Below, piece by piece: positions 12,791-25,842 of a stretch of 34,855 nt of DNA (position 1 is the first letter of the stretch; each line of letters starts with the position of its first letter). Location: the NCBI RefSeq assembly GCF_001194135.2, contig NC_068998.1, positions 21,482,764-21,517,618 of the forward strand. The letters run 5' to 3'. The notes beneath the pieces are model-generated. The model searched no databases. It saw nothing but the letters and a program-made list of their open reading frames with translations, and was not told where the DNA came from. Made by a program: the position numbers and the translations under genes. Source of the stretch: Octopus bimaculoides. Lineage: Eukaryota.

Positions 12791-12965
12791 ATTGTGTGCC
12801 TGAGATTGTCCTCCCACTATCGCTTGACAACCGATGCTGGTGTATTTACGTCCCCGTAAACAGAGACCGATAGAATAAGTACTAGGCTTAAAAAGAATAA
12901 ATTCTGGTATCAATTTGTACGACTGAAGCATGGCCACAGCCAAAAGACTGAAACAAATAAAACAA
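12577..12965 (+). mobile_element. tRNA-derived SINE type B, essentially full length, with internal (GT)n
   Basis: A-box/B-box-like head (tggctgtgcggtaag...ggttccgggttcagtccc), ccttgggcaa core-like segment, aagaagcccgtcgtatata, (GT)n and tail. The head matches the copy at 34689. Recalled as a common octopus SINE. Confidence 0.92.
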
Positions 12966-13013
12966 AAATAATGGCAAAGTCAGTACAGTAGTATTGTAGA
13001 ATTATAAATACCT

Positions 13014-13231
13014 AATAATCCTTTCTAATATAGACACAAGCCCTGAAACATGTGAAGAGAGGGTTAGTCGATTACATAGGCTCCAGTGCGTAACTGGTAC
13101 TATATTTTCGACCCCGAAAGGATGAAAAGCATATTCGACTTAAGCAGAATTTGAACTCAGAACGCGAAGAGGGGCGAAATGTCGTTAAGCATTGTGCCCG
13201 GCGTGCTAACCCTCTGCCGGCTCACCACCTT
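13014..13231 (-). mobile_element. tRNA-derived SINE type A
   Basis: Reverse complement gives ggtggtgagccggcagagggttagcacgccgggcacaatgcttaacgacatttcg...gttctgagttcaaattc...cctttcggggtcgaaaat. Confidence 0.9.
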
Positions 13232-13694
13232 AGATAAATACCGACTACTAATGATAATAAAAGTAATCAAAATGAAAAATATTAATAATGATGATAATCA
13301 AACACGATCTCTTCAAATAAATGAATATATGTATGAATGCATGTACGTGTACAAATGTTTGTCTGCACATGTGTACATGTGTATGCATGTATGCATATAT
13401 ATGTATGTACATGCATGCGTGTACAGTTTTTTATTATATGTATGTAAAATTCATTAGAAATGAAAAAGGGTTGCACGAAGGACTGGAAAGAGCGGAGAAA
13501 CCCCTTGAAATCTATCCTCTCTTATTGTATAATACCCATACATCAGCAGAAATCTCTTCACACAAGCTCATACGTACCTAAGCATACACACAAACATATA
13601 CACACGCATACACACAAACATATACACACGCATACACACTCACACTCATTCTATTTGTTCCCTTCTTTTCTACGTGTCTGGCTGGCTGCCATTC

Positions 13695-13825
13695 TCTTCT
13701 CTTCTCTCTCGCTCTCTCTTTCTCTCTCTGCCCCTCTCTCTCCATCTCTTTCTTCCCTTCTCTCTCTCCCTCTCTTTCACCCCTTCTCTATCTCCCTCTC
13801 TTTCTCCCCTTCTCTCTCTCCCTTT
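13695..13825. repeat. TC-rich polypyrimidine low-complexity tract
   Basis: Direct reading. Confidence 0.9.
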
Positions 13826-14789
13826 CTCTGTTATAATTGAAGCTTTGCTACGTGTTTGTGTATCTCAGTTCCAGTTTGTGTCTTGACGTATTCATATACA
13901 TGAATTTGTGTTGTGTCTGCGCATGTGTGTCTGCATGACTGTGATTCTGGTGTGTGTACGTATGTGTTTACGTTTGTGTTCGAATGAAAATAACTTTGGT
14001 TATTACGTGTGCCCTATATTAGCCAGGTGTTAAAAATATATTTAAAATAAAAGCGTTATCCAAAGCTGTTTTATCAAGTTATGACATCATAATTGCAAAT
14101 GTATAGAAATGTTACAATATTGCTATACTATTCATTTGCAATATTAACACCTATTTGGAAGCCAGCTCTTTGCAGTTATCTATTCAATACATTTTTGCGT
14201 TAATATACTTAATAATCTTTATTTTCTCTTATTTTTTCCAACATTTCCGAACGCATTGACCGTCCGGGTTTCATCGCCAGTCTTTGTGCAGGATTCCAAA
14301 GAATTCTACAGTGAATGAATCCCTGTCTTAGCCAACCGAAAACGTTTGATGATGACACAACGATAGATGCCGTAGAACTTACTCCAACGGTAGTAGATTT
14401 GTTATCTGCAGCCACGCCAGACGACATGGGTGATTTTTGAAGAATGCAGTTTGTAATTTTGCTTTGACAACTTAAATTGCTTTCATCTCACACTTTCTCC
14501 GCCCTCTCTCTCTTTCTTTTTGCACAAACTCATAAACAAGCAGAAACTCATATAAACATATGTGCGTGTATGTGTGTACGTAGACATGTATATTTCTTGA
14601 GTAAGAGAATTGGAGTTAGATACTACATAGTTCAATAAATATACGTCCAAACTATGTTTTAACCAGACATAGAAGACATTGCCGCAATGTCAATTGCAAA
14701 TCACGGAATACTCCGTTATACTACTTTGATAAAATGATGCTCAGACGATCGTTACCTTCTACAGAATGTTGTCTATGCTCATACATACT

Positions 14790-14885
14790 TACATACATAC
14801 ACACATACATTCATATATACATACATACACACATACATTCATACATACATACATACATACATACATACATGCATATACACATACA
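14790..14885. repeat. (CATA)n microsatellite, degenerate
   Basis: Direct reading. Confidence 0.9.
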
Positions 14886-15036
14886 TATTGTATGTATGTA
14901 TTTACGTACGTATGCATGTGTGTGTATGCAATTATGTAACATGACTGCTTCCATAATTATATACACATATGTATCTACCTATGTATCAATCCGTCTACCT
15001 ATCTCTATACACACACAAACACACTCAGATATATAA

Positions 15037-15318
<282 letters not shown>

Positions 15319-16026
15319 TCATTGATGTAATTTATAAATATTTTAATGCATCGCTACGCGCGTTTCCAAAAGTCACATATTTCTTGCGATCATGTTCTGT
15401 ATTCCTGGGATGATTACAGTGCAGTCCGTGATATCTATGGACATCGAGTGGATCATATTCATGCGTTTATTTCTTCAGGCTATATGGCATTCACGTTGGA
15501 AGCAGCAAATGTATAACTGAAGGTTTCTTACCATTATTGATTAATGGAAAGTTTGATTGAGGTATGTGGGCAGTTCAGCGTGTGGAAGGAGTAGAATGTG
15601 TGGGACAGAGAGAAAATAATGTTAGTTAATTAGGGGTGGGATATGTGTGATGATATTAGACCTATTTTGATATTTGCTATGCAGATGACGTAGATAGAAA
15701 TAAACGTAGATATAAATAGTGAAAAGACAATAGAGAGAGTTAAAACGAAATACAGTAAGAAACTCAATAGATCTATTAAAAGAAATGGAAAAATAAATGA
15801 GGAAATTATTTTGTTTAACTCAATGTTCAATTCACAAATAAAATACCAAATAGGTCAGAAATTCTTCTAAGCATTACACAGCCACTTCCTAAAATGGTCC
15901 AAATATCACAAAGGTTCAGCGAAAAGTCTGAGTTTCCCAGCAATGGAGTTTTCCAGTTTATTTTGCATGGTTCCAACGAATGTGACATCGAAATCACGCG
16001 TAAGCGGTTCCTTTCCTATGAAAAGG

Positions 16027-16145
16027 AAAGATTTGATTGCTATTTCTTGCACGCATTAATACCACGTAACATGTATTTCGAGTTCTTTATCGCAAATAGC
16101 TGTTACGTGGTAGCAGGGCTTGCTAGAAATAGTAGCCAAATATTT
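16027..16145. repeat. Imperfect foldback with ~55-bp arms and a short loop
   Basis: Perfect core TACCACGTAACA/TGTTACGTGGTA, with outer arms ctatttcttgcacgc / gcttgctagaaatag. Confidence 0.85.
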
Positions 16146-16799
16146 GGCGGTGAGACGCGTTGAATGCACTCAAAAAATTCCTATGGAAAAAAAAGTATCT
16201 CACACCGAGGTAACGAACAGGTCTTTTACGAAATATTTACCGTATTCTTCAAGTCATTTTCACTTTAAAAAATATTTCTAAATATACCAAAAAAAAAAAA
16301 TGTTTTGTAATGGTATTTATTCACTGGTAAATAATTTAAAAGATAAAAGTATTGCCTGTTTAAAGAAAGCTAAAATATGAATACTTATTGTACAAACAAC
16401 TTATATTTTTGAAATCACATTCACATAAAAATATTTCTAAATGATTAAAATATTGTGTTTAACAAAAGCGAAAATACAAACACTTACTGTAAAAAAACTA
16501 ATTTATATTTTCGTTGTCAAATCACAGTCTAATCAAAAGGTAAGTACCCTCTCAGGATTAAATTTAATTTCGGAGACTTTTCGCATTATGCACCGTTTTG
16601 GGTATTTATATCCCGAAAACCCCAAATGTCTTCACAAACACGTACCCGATTTGTGTTAAATTCGTGTCATTCCGTTCGTCTTTACATTTCAGGGCACTTA
16701 ATTCATAGTATTTTCCCATTTTGCGCCAGTTTGGCTGAGTAATGTTGCATACAAGATTCAATCTGATTTTTAATGTATTATAGATATAAAACAAAAGAT

Positions 16800-17090
16800 G
16801 TGTGTGTGTGTGTCTCTATGTGTAATACGCATGCATTTCTACGACTTCTAACCAATTTTCCCAAAACTTTAAACACACCTATGTTCCATGGATGGTCATG
16901 CACTATAACATTTTGCCCAGAGCTCCCACGTAATGCGACAAACTGACCGTAAAAGAAAGTTTTTCACATGGGTTTTTCTCCTAAACACTGCAGTTTTCAA
17001 CCGATTTTCACCTTTTTCTCTCTGTTTATTTCTTTTTCTTTGCCCCCTATCACATATACAGACACCTGTTTCTTTCCCTCACTCACCCTC

Positions 17091-17144
<54 letters not shown>

Positions 17145-17635
17145 TGAAATTTGACTGCAGTGTATTTCAGTTTTGCCGTGCGTAAATATCTTTCTCTTCA
17201 CGCTATTTGTACGTTCTCCCTACAACATTACTTACTTTAAATTTTCTGCACTCCGTCTATTTAAATACTATATTTATACTTCTCCCTCTATCGAAAGCAG
17301 TTGTGTAATATTGCTTCACTTTTGTGTGTGTGTTTGCGCGTTCGAAGTGTACGAGATAGTAAAGGACATTTCAAACCACGAAGACGACGACATCTCATAT
17401 ATGAGTGCATGTGTCTTTCAGTGTATGTGTGTGTATGAGTGTGTATGTCTCTCTGACTTTGTGTGTTTCTACGTTCAGTACGTTATTAAACACACACATC
17501 TACACAGATATACACATGTGATGACTGACATGCGTAAATATATGTCTGTGTGTGTCTCTCTTACTATATGTATATGTGCGTATCATCACCTTTTTTTATA
17601 TGCATGTGTATGTGTCTCTGAGTGTGTGTGTGTGT

Positions 17636-17678
<43 letters not shown>

Positions 17679-17780
17679 AGCGCCGTTTACCTACGTTATT
17701 AAACATATACCTACATCTGCACAAATTGTTGACAAAAAAAAAATTTCGTGGAAGGTCCAAGTTATATAAAAGTACACATC
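16800..17780. mobile_element. Possible non-autonomous rolling-circle-like (Helitron/DINE-type) repeat with internal microsatellites
   Basis: Motifs ccaattttcccaaaact and ttttcaaccgattttcacc follow a (GT)n run, with internal (TC)n at 17093-17143 and (GT)n at 17621-17675. Resemblance from memory only; termini not confirmed. Confidence 0.3.
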
Positions 17781-18299
17781 TGCCATTCCATTAACAGTTG
17801 ATAATTATCGTAGCAGTTGCAAGGTTGCATGGTATTAATAATTTGATTATATTAGGTTACTTTATGCTGCACACAAAAATAGATATACTGCATGTATACA
17901 ACTGCTTACTGAAATAGAGATAAATGTATATTTTGTTCTATGTACATACTGTTTTGTTTAAAACGTTGAAAAAGAATATGCCACCAAAGTAAACACGTAA
18001 TCTCAGGATTAAATATGAGATTTCATGGTCGATTATGAACTATGCAAAATCCTACAACACACATTCTAGGACCTGTGGCTCATGCTCTGAAGAATCACTA
18101 TCAATCTTGCTTACTAGGAAAGAGGCCATTAATAAATTAAATGAATGCATTACACGTTGTTTATATGCCATAAAAGTCACCTTCAAATATTATCACCCTG
18201 TAAACACATCACCGAACTGCCATATTCCACTTTGAACAGTGAAAGCCATGCTATATTCCATACATTGCTATGTGTCCATGGACAATTGTATGGGCTTTT

Positions 18300-18930
18300 G
18301 TGCATGTGTTGTTTATTGGTCTGTACCTGCATGTGTCTGAGTAGTCTTGTGAGTGTGTGCATGTAAGCACAATGTTGTGCTTCTATATGCCTGTGTGTGT
18401 ATATACGTGCTGATTGGAAGTCTCTAGTTTTTACTGGTGTGTACATGAACATATCGGTGTACGAACGTGTGTGTATGTATAAATATGTGAATGTATAAGT
18501 GTACATACCTGCAGACATGTGAAACTATGGGTGTTAATGTACATCTCGATTTGTATGTCCTGTGGCGTCGGTGTGATGGGTCGTGTGTGTGTGTGTGCGT
18601 GAATCTGTGAGCATTATGTGAGGGTGTGTGTGTGTGTGTGCTTGCACGAGTATCTATGGGGCTGTGTCTGTGTGAGTGCATGCATGTGCTCTATGGAGAT
18701 AGTGTTGATATGATCTCTGTATGTGTTTGGGTGGGTGGTTTTTCTGCTCTGAGGGATGTATCCGTGCATGTAGGTGTATTTCTGTATGTGTGCATTAGCT
18801 GTGTACGTGTGTGATTGACTGATATATATGTGTGTCTGGGGAATCTGTGAATATTATGTGAAGATGTGAGTGTGCACGCCTGTGTGCGTGTGTATGTTGC
18901 AGCACCTGTGTGAGTGCGTGTGCTTTATGG
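18300..18930. repeat. Degenerate GT-rich low-complexity block with an internal direct repeat gaatctgtga..attatgtga
   Basis: Direct reading (copies near 18601 and 18841). Confidence 0.75.
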
Positions 18931-19555
18931 ATATATATATTAAAGGTAATAAGAGAAGATGGAATGTACCAACAAAGAAATTTATATTACCGCAAAAATT
19001 ATTTCATCTTCAAGCTGCAACTCACAGTGCATACAAGACTCCTCAGATAAGATAACTTAAGTTTTAAGCTGGGCGATTTACGATTTACTTTCGGTGGTCG
19101 CAAAAGTTACAGTAGATGGAGATGGCACTTTTTCGAAATTACATGTCTATATAATATGGCTGTCTGATGTGGGAGTTTGCGCGTACACCTATCAAAGATC
19201 TTTTAAATTATAGTAATAAGCTTATTATTTATTCACAGTTCAGTAATTTCAGTTTCGCCTCATAATTACATTTCCATGTCGTAATATATGACTTTTGCAA
19301 AGTTATGCTTCTATCTCTCCCTTACTACGAGCATCACCAATGTAGGGGAAATGTTTATTATTAATCGAAGTAGTTGTAAACCATCTTTTGAGAACGCGTC
19401 TGTTTAGTCTATGATACCGGGTGTATTATAAGCCTGGATATTTATTGATCACACGAGTGTTCCCCAGAAACGTTTTGTCATTGGTTTCTCGGTTCAGATA
19501 AAATTTTGTTTTGTGGAGTCGATCTACTATGTTATATTTCTGAAATTTCGTTTAC

Positions 19556-19630
19556 CTGGCACAGTGTAATAAGCAACGTAGATCCCAACGATTTGGAGCA
19601 GGGTTTTTAGTGAAAGGAGACGAGTACAAG
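19556..19630 (-). CDS. Candidate 75-nt phase 1-1 internal exon encoding a hydrophobic, TM-like segment
   Basis: ttttctaccttcaaaacattAG | ...CCAG | GTAAAC, reading (A)CTRLLSLKTLLQIVGIYVAYYTVP(G). No family recognised. Confidence 0.3.
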
Positions 19631-19718
19631 CTAATGTTTTGAAGGTAGAAAATGCAGTACAATGCATTTTCTACTGATAGCGGATTTACCTGCCTTTTCG
19701 GTCTTCTGGATACCAAAA

Positions 19719-19730
<12 letters not shown>

Positions 19731-19808
<78 letters not shown>
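19731..19808. repeat. (TA)n microsatellite preceded by (TC)n
   Basis: Direct reading. Confidence 0.98.
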
Positions 19809-19810
<2 letters not shown>

Positions 19811-22014
19811 GGGTGTTAGGCATGCGAATAAACTATATAATAAATGGGCTATGGAATGTTATGCTTGAGTGTTTTATATTATGGGAACTTATTTTAGAAG
19901 ATGATTAATAATTCCTCAAGGCCATTATGCATGTAAAAGAAAAGGAATCGTTACATGGCCGATTAGAAATTCAAATTGTACGATATCAAATGATCTAAAA
20001 AAATATGATGAAAAAAATAAGATGAAAAGTATTCATCTGTCAGTAGAAATTCGTGAATAATCTCAAACAGAAAACATTTCCTCTATTATCTCTGACTTAA
20101 TATTTGCTTCAGAAAATATATTCCCTTGATATTTATTCCATTGGCGTGTTCACTGTTTCTATAATCAGTAAATAAAAAAACTAATTACTGTTTGAAACAT
20201 TTCCGTAGATGAGTGAATAACACTTACGATAATATTAATGTATTTTGTCATATATTTATGTTTATACTCGAAGAAGTACTATTTCATATCTACGAAACAG
20301 TCACCAGTTAAACGATATTCGTTTATAAATATTACAGACGAGCCATCACTTGTGCTTGGAAGAAAGAAATAGACAAGAGTATGGAAGGTTCTAACAACAA
20401 TCGGTGTACTGCATTATTTTTAACAGCTGTTACCTAAATTACATAGAAATCAGTTGTGAAATCGGCACACACTTTCAGTAGTTATACAGTCTATTTTTAT
20501 CGCTTAGTATGAACTTGATTTACATTTAATAATTGTTTCCATTTTATTGGATCAGCTCAGCATAAAATTGCCATCATAAACGCAACACAAAGCTAATGAC
20601 TGCTTATGAATCATGTGTACTTTGGCATTTTGAATGACATATGATGAATGTCGATAGCCTAGTAGTTCAGCGCGGAAAGAAATATAAAGTAAAAATACGA
20701 TATTAATGCATTAAGTTAAAATAAGATGGGATACATTTATGAAATGGTCGCTTATCAGGGAACGTAGAAAGGTTATCTTTCTCTGTTGTGTGTTATAGAA
20801 TTTCGCTATGTCTTATATTTACGCTGAGCTAATTAAATGAAATAATAAATCATAGCAACCATCTCTGTGCAATACATTTAAATTTTCAAACATGAAACAT
20901 GTTCGATGCTTTACAGTGGTGGGCTATTGTCAGATCTAACAAAGAAAAATAGTTACTGAGCTTAACTTGTCCGTACGTCTTAATCATTCCCTCGATAGAT
21001 TACATCTGCAGGGAATGCATTCAATTTCAGATAACTTCCTTGAACATACAGAAGATTTATCCATATCAAAAATTACAGCATTACAATTTCGTTTCCTGCG
21101 AAAATTGAAAGATTAATCCAGGAGGAAACACGTTAAATGAATATAAATGAAAACAGAAAATCCAAAATGTATACCTAAGTTTTAAAGTTACAGTGTCGTA
21201 GATTCTACTTCATTTAGATATTGTTAAATGCATTGCGTTTTCTATTTCTCGACATGAAGTAAGCTGAATATAACTTAGCTTCAGTTATATTATAATATAT
21301 GTAGAAGAGATTTTATGAGACGTGGAATAGTTATCAGATAATGGGTAAGATATTCTACACAGGGAATCTCACGTTTTCTTATTTTCTATAGCAAACCTAA
21401 ATATATGTTATTATTCAGTTGACATGGATGGTATTTGTCTTTTATGAAGTCCATAGGAAAAACTTTTTTATCGTCTGAGTATTGTTATTCTTATCCTTGC
21501 CCCGTCATAAGTCACTGGACAATGTTAATTGCAATAATACTCTATGTATATAATAACATATCTTTGTTAATCGTATGTGACTTGGTAAAGTAGAGATTAT
21601 ATCAGTTTTCCTTTGTATACTAAATGATTAAAAAAAAGCTGACCGAATTCAACTGGGATGAATTTATTTACATTTATGCATATTTTACACCGATTGTGAA
21701 GTGCTCATCAGTATTCTACCAACCTAACATATATAAAAGAAAGAGGTTATATTAAACTGAACAGTAGAAATAAGTTGCAGTAATATACAAGTAATTCCAA
21801 GTTTGTAACCATGATAACAATATAAATGTAAACTAATCGTATCACACCAGGAGTATAATCATAATTTGTGTCTCCAATTGCAGGTATACACATACTGACA
21901 TCTTTATCAGAAATATTTAATATCACTTAAATTCCATTTGTTAAAAAATTATCGGGTCAGTACCTAAAGCGGTGTTTATATTGTAAAATAAGATGGATTT
22001 CTACTTTTTCTCAG

Positions 22015-22134
22015 TTCCAGACCATTGCAAGTTACATCATTTACTTATTTGATGCGTCTGATATGAGAAAGTGCCAAGCTTATCTTACCAAATTTGAAAT
22101 GAAAAAGATCATACAACTTGAGGATTTTCTATGG
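22015..22134 (+). CDS. 120-nt exon-like cassette, copy A (part of inverted duplication 22003-22351)
   Basis: actttttctcAG | FQTIASYIIYLFDASDMRKCQAYLTKFEMKKIIQLEDFLW | GTAAGC. Only one frame is open; phase 0-0. Confidence 0.4.
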
Positions 22135-23453
22135 GTAAGCTGGAAGCAGTCATAAAATCGTTGAAGGTAGTTCGTTTGGAGGAAATCCCAGCTGACTATA
22201 TAATGCTACTGTGGTAGGGCAATACAGTCGATCTTTTCTGAACGTTTCCAAAATACAAAAACACCCGGACATCACAGGACTTCGAAATTGCCTTTGAGAA
22301 ATTGACGGTAAAACTGATTTAGATTCGTAGATAAATTACTTCTGAAGGAATACATAAGTTACTTCTGTTTCTTGATTAAGCTATTTTGCAGGACAAGAGG
22401 AGTTAGATCATGTGGCTAACCTCAACCTGCACAAACGGATGTGGGAATTGCTCGTAGCATATACGCCGACAGGTTATGGAAATATTCTTAGTAGAAAGTT
22501 GGTTAGATGTTGCAAATTACATCTGTGTGAAATATTGTTAACGTTGGATACAATTCACTAATAATTCTAATTAGTATCAACACTTTTCATGTATAGAACT
22601 GCCAAGTAGTGAGGGAATGTTGTTTCACTCAGCGTAATTACAACCACACGTTTCAAAATATTGTTCGACTCGATAATATAACAATATGTAAAGAGAAGCC
22701 TAAAATAAATATTATTGTGTGTAATTTCATTTCCTTGGAAAAAAAAAACGTCTGCTTCTCACGTTGTATAATTACTTCAAATGAAATATTTTTCTAAGCA
22801 ATAAATTTTATTTTTTCAATAAGTTTGGTTTTAATCAATACGCCTTGTTTTAAGCATAGGCTTATACAATATCCTTAGTGTTTTATTATTTTTTTAAGAG
22901 ATAAAGAGAATAAGCTTAATATAAACTACTATAGTCTATTGATCTTCGACTTGAAAAGGTTGTGACCCCATGCAAAATGTCAGTTACCTCAGAGTAGAAG
23001 TAATATCTATAACTTGGAATTTACATAAATTCAGCTAAAAAAACAAACTATTCCCATAGTTTTAGAGGAAGGAGAGGAAGTGTTTGAAATTCAACTGCGA
23101 GTATTCGTAACCGTATACCAGTTCAGTTTGTAAAGTAACTGTACATCCCTCAAGTTCTAAGTTATAAAAGGAGCACTAAACATTGTCCCCACCATACAGA
23201 GTCACTGCAATGCATATTACGAGACAAACGACCAGGGAGTTTATCTCCACTTCGTTTCCATTTGGGAAACATGTTATTTCGTTTACACAATTTAAAGCCT
23301 TTGAAAAAGGTAAGAGACATAAAAGCTTACATCTAGTCTTAAATTCTATGTTACTGTATCTTAAATAAACATATTACTGGTTATATATTGATATCTATCA
23401 TTCAAGTATTTATATCATAATATCCGTTTTTAACATTTTTAATGCAAGTTAAC

Positions 23454-23670
23454 GCGGCGATCTGGCAGATTCAATAGCGCGCCGGCCAAAATGCTTAGCG
23501 ACATTTCGTCCGTCTTTACGGTCTGAGTTCCAACTCATCTGAGGTCGTTTGAACCTCAACATCCTTTCGGGATCGATAAAATATGTACCAGCTAAATACT
23601 GGGCGTCGATGTAATCGACCTAATCCTTTCCCCGAAATTCCTGGCCTTGTACAAAAATTTGAAACCAAAA
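23454..23670 (+). mobile_element. tRNA-derived SINE type A
   Basis: gcggcgatctggcagattcaatagcgcgccggccaaaatgcttagcgacatttcgtccgtctttacggtctgagttc...gatgtaatcgacc. Confidence 0.9.
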
Positions 23671-24505
23671 TGTTTACTCAAGGTCAGTGAATGGGAGAAA
23701 GAGAGCATTGCACCAATTTCGTTGTGTTGTTCATTGATGTCTCCCTACATTCCGACTTTAAATCACGGCAATGCCACATCTGGATTGAAATTTACACCGA
23801 TTCTTACGAAGGATTAGTTATGTTTGCGGGGATGAGATCTACATTACAAAAAACATAAAATTTCTTTAGTTGTATAAATATGCCCGTATGGCTTAATGTG
23901 GCTAAAATGAAAATGCAAAGAAAAAAAAAAGAAAAGAAAAGAGAGCAACATTCTGTAAAAGGCCACTGCTAGTTATTATAGATATGAGGCTATCGATGTG
24001 TTGAATTGCCTAGTTTGCAATTAATGGTTTTGACAAGCTTTGATACTGCTACATTGTTTAAATAATATCTAATACACAAAATAGTGCAACTCAGAAGAAC
24101 TGAAATCAATACGATATACCATAGAATGCAATATTGAGAGGGAAATCAGAGTACATATTCTCAATGGAGCTGAAAACACACTATGATACAGTCTGTCATC
24201 AACTGCCAACCTCTTTTTCCCTGCACACAAAAATCATGGAAGAAATGCATTTGTGTGATCCAGTAGAGGTGGAATCACCAGATAAGTACTCTTTCTTTCT
24301 CGTTCTATTTTTTGCACCAACTTTATGCACGTTTTTTCCACGTTTTTTTTTGTTATTTTCTTAATGTCCAGCGTTCTTGCTTTTAAATATATATATAATG
24401 CATAAACAGAGCCTTAAGGATTAAAACGTATGAGCCACTTTACTCGCATGGGGGCATTTTAAACAATTTATTCTTTAATTTGTATTTATACATTCACACA
24501 CATAT

Positions 24506-24722
24506 ATTTAATTCTTTATTGCCCGGGCTAAACATAGAGGGAACAAATCATGTCAGACAAAGGGATTAAGTCGATTACATCAACTCCACTTGATGTAAAC
24601 CGGTATTATTTATCACAAGCAAAGTCGAGCTCGGCGGAATTTGAACTCAGAACGTAAAGACAGACGAAATACCGCTATGCATTTCGCCCGGAGTGCTAAC
24701 GTTTCTGCCAGCTCGTCGCCTT
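24506..24722 (-). mobile_element. tRNA-derived SINE type A (well-preserved head, distinct tail)
   Basis: Reverse complement gives ggcgacgagctggcagaaacgttagcactccgggcgaaatgcatagcggtatttcgtctgtctttacgttctgagttcaaattccgccgagctcgac. Confidence 0.92.
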
Positions 24723-24811
24723 ACACATATATATTATACAGACTGTTTACTGCGGTACACATTCCACGCTTCTAAAAAGCAAATATAAGTTCGTTTACAT
24801 AAGTGTTGTTG

Positions 24812-25237
24812 NNNNNNNNNNNNNNNNNNNNNNNNNNNNNNNNNNNNNNNNNNNNNNNNNNNNNNNNNNNNNNNNNNNNNNNNNNNNNNNNNNNNNNNNN
24901 NNNNNNNNNNNNNNNNNNNNNNNNNNNNNNNNNNNNNNNNNNNNNNNNNNNNNNNNNNNNNNNNNNNNNNNNNNNNNNNNNNNNNNNNNNNNNNNNNNNN
25001 NNNNNNNNNNNNNNNNNNNNNNNNNNNNNNNNNNNNNNNNNNNNNNNNNNNNNNNNNNNNNNNNNNNNNNNNNNNNNNNNNNNNNNNNNNNNNNNNNNNN
25101 NNNNNNNNNNNNNNNNNNNNNNNNNNNNNNNNNNNNNNNNNNNNNNNNNNNNNNNNNNNNNNNNNNNNNNNNNNNNNNNNNNNNNNNNNNNNNNNNNNNN
25201 NNNNNNNNNNNNNNNNNNNNNNNNNNNNNNNNNNNNN
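24812..25237. other. Assembly gap
   Basis: N run. Confidence 0.99.
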
Positions 25238-25774
25238 TATATTATATATTATATATTCCATATTCTATATCCCACAAAAATTTTACAAGAATATAAATAA
25301 AAAACATAAAAAGCAGACAGAGGGCAGAGATGAAGTGCGTGATGTTTTACACTTAACCTACAAAATATATATATTTTGACTGAGAACATTCAGATTGTAT
25401 TCAATAAATGCATTGCTAGGGACATTTCAATGTAGAGAAGAAAATGAAGTTAATTAAGATTTAACCTCAAGTACACACAATGCACGATTATACAAGATTT
25501 ATTTTTGTTATATTAAATGGTGAATACAGAAATGTGGCGGTCGAATCAGTAATACAAACTGTCTATTCACTTTCGGTTTCTACCATTTAAAAAAGTTTTG
25601 TTTAAATTAAATGATAAATTACATCACCCATAAATTTTCCCTGTGATAAACCCCAAATATTGTCTGCGTAAATAATATTTACAGCATTGTTATATCATTA
25701 AAACCGTATTTTTTCTGATAAAATATCAATAATAATTATAAAATAAAGCATTAAAGATTTTATGATTATTTTGA

Positions 25775-25842
25775 CTAGACATTTCTGTTAGATTCTGATA
25801 TTATGTCAATCAAGTAACCTCTTGAAATATCAATATAAAAAT
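25775..25842 (-). CDS. Candidate terminal exon Y (FYIDISRGYLIDIISESNRNV*), paralogous to 30872-30944
   Basis: Long pyrimidine tract then AG; shares peptide and stop position with the 30.9-kb copy. Confidence 0.3.

Noticed and set aside
14209-14427. 72-aa minus ORF MSSGVAADNK...
   Set aside because: No usable acceptor (purine-rich upstream), no recognisable motif, and length compatible with chance.
15340-15565. Plus-strand peptide YSWDDYSAVRDIYGHRVDHIHAF... and a donor at ~15561
   Set aside because: All frames of the implied exon hit stops, and no family was recognised.
18100-18290. Minus FTVQSGIWQFGDVF resembling the RT QGD motif
   Set aside because: Single weak motif with no other RT blocks in order.
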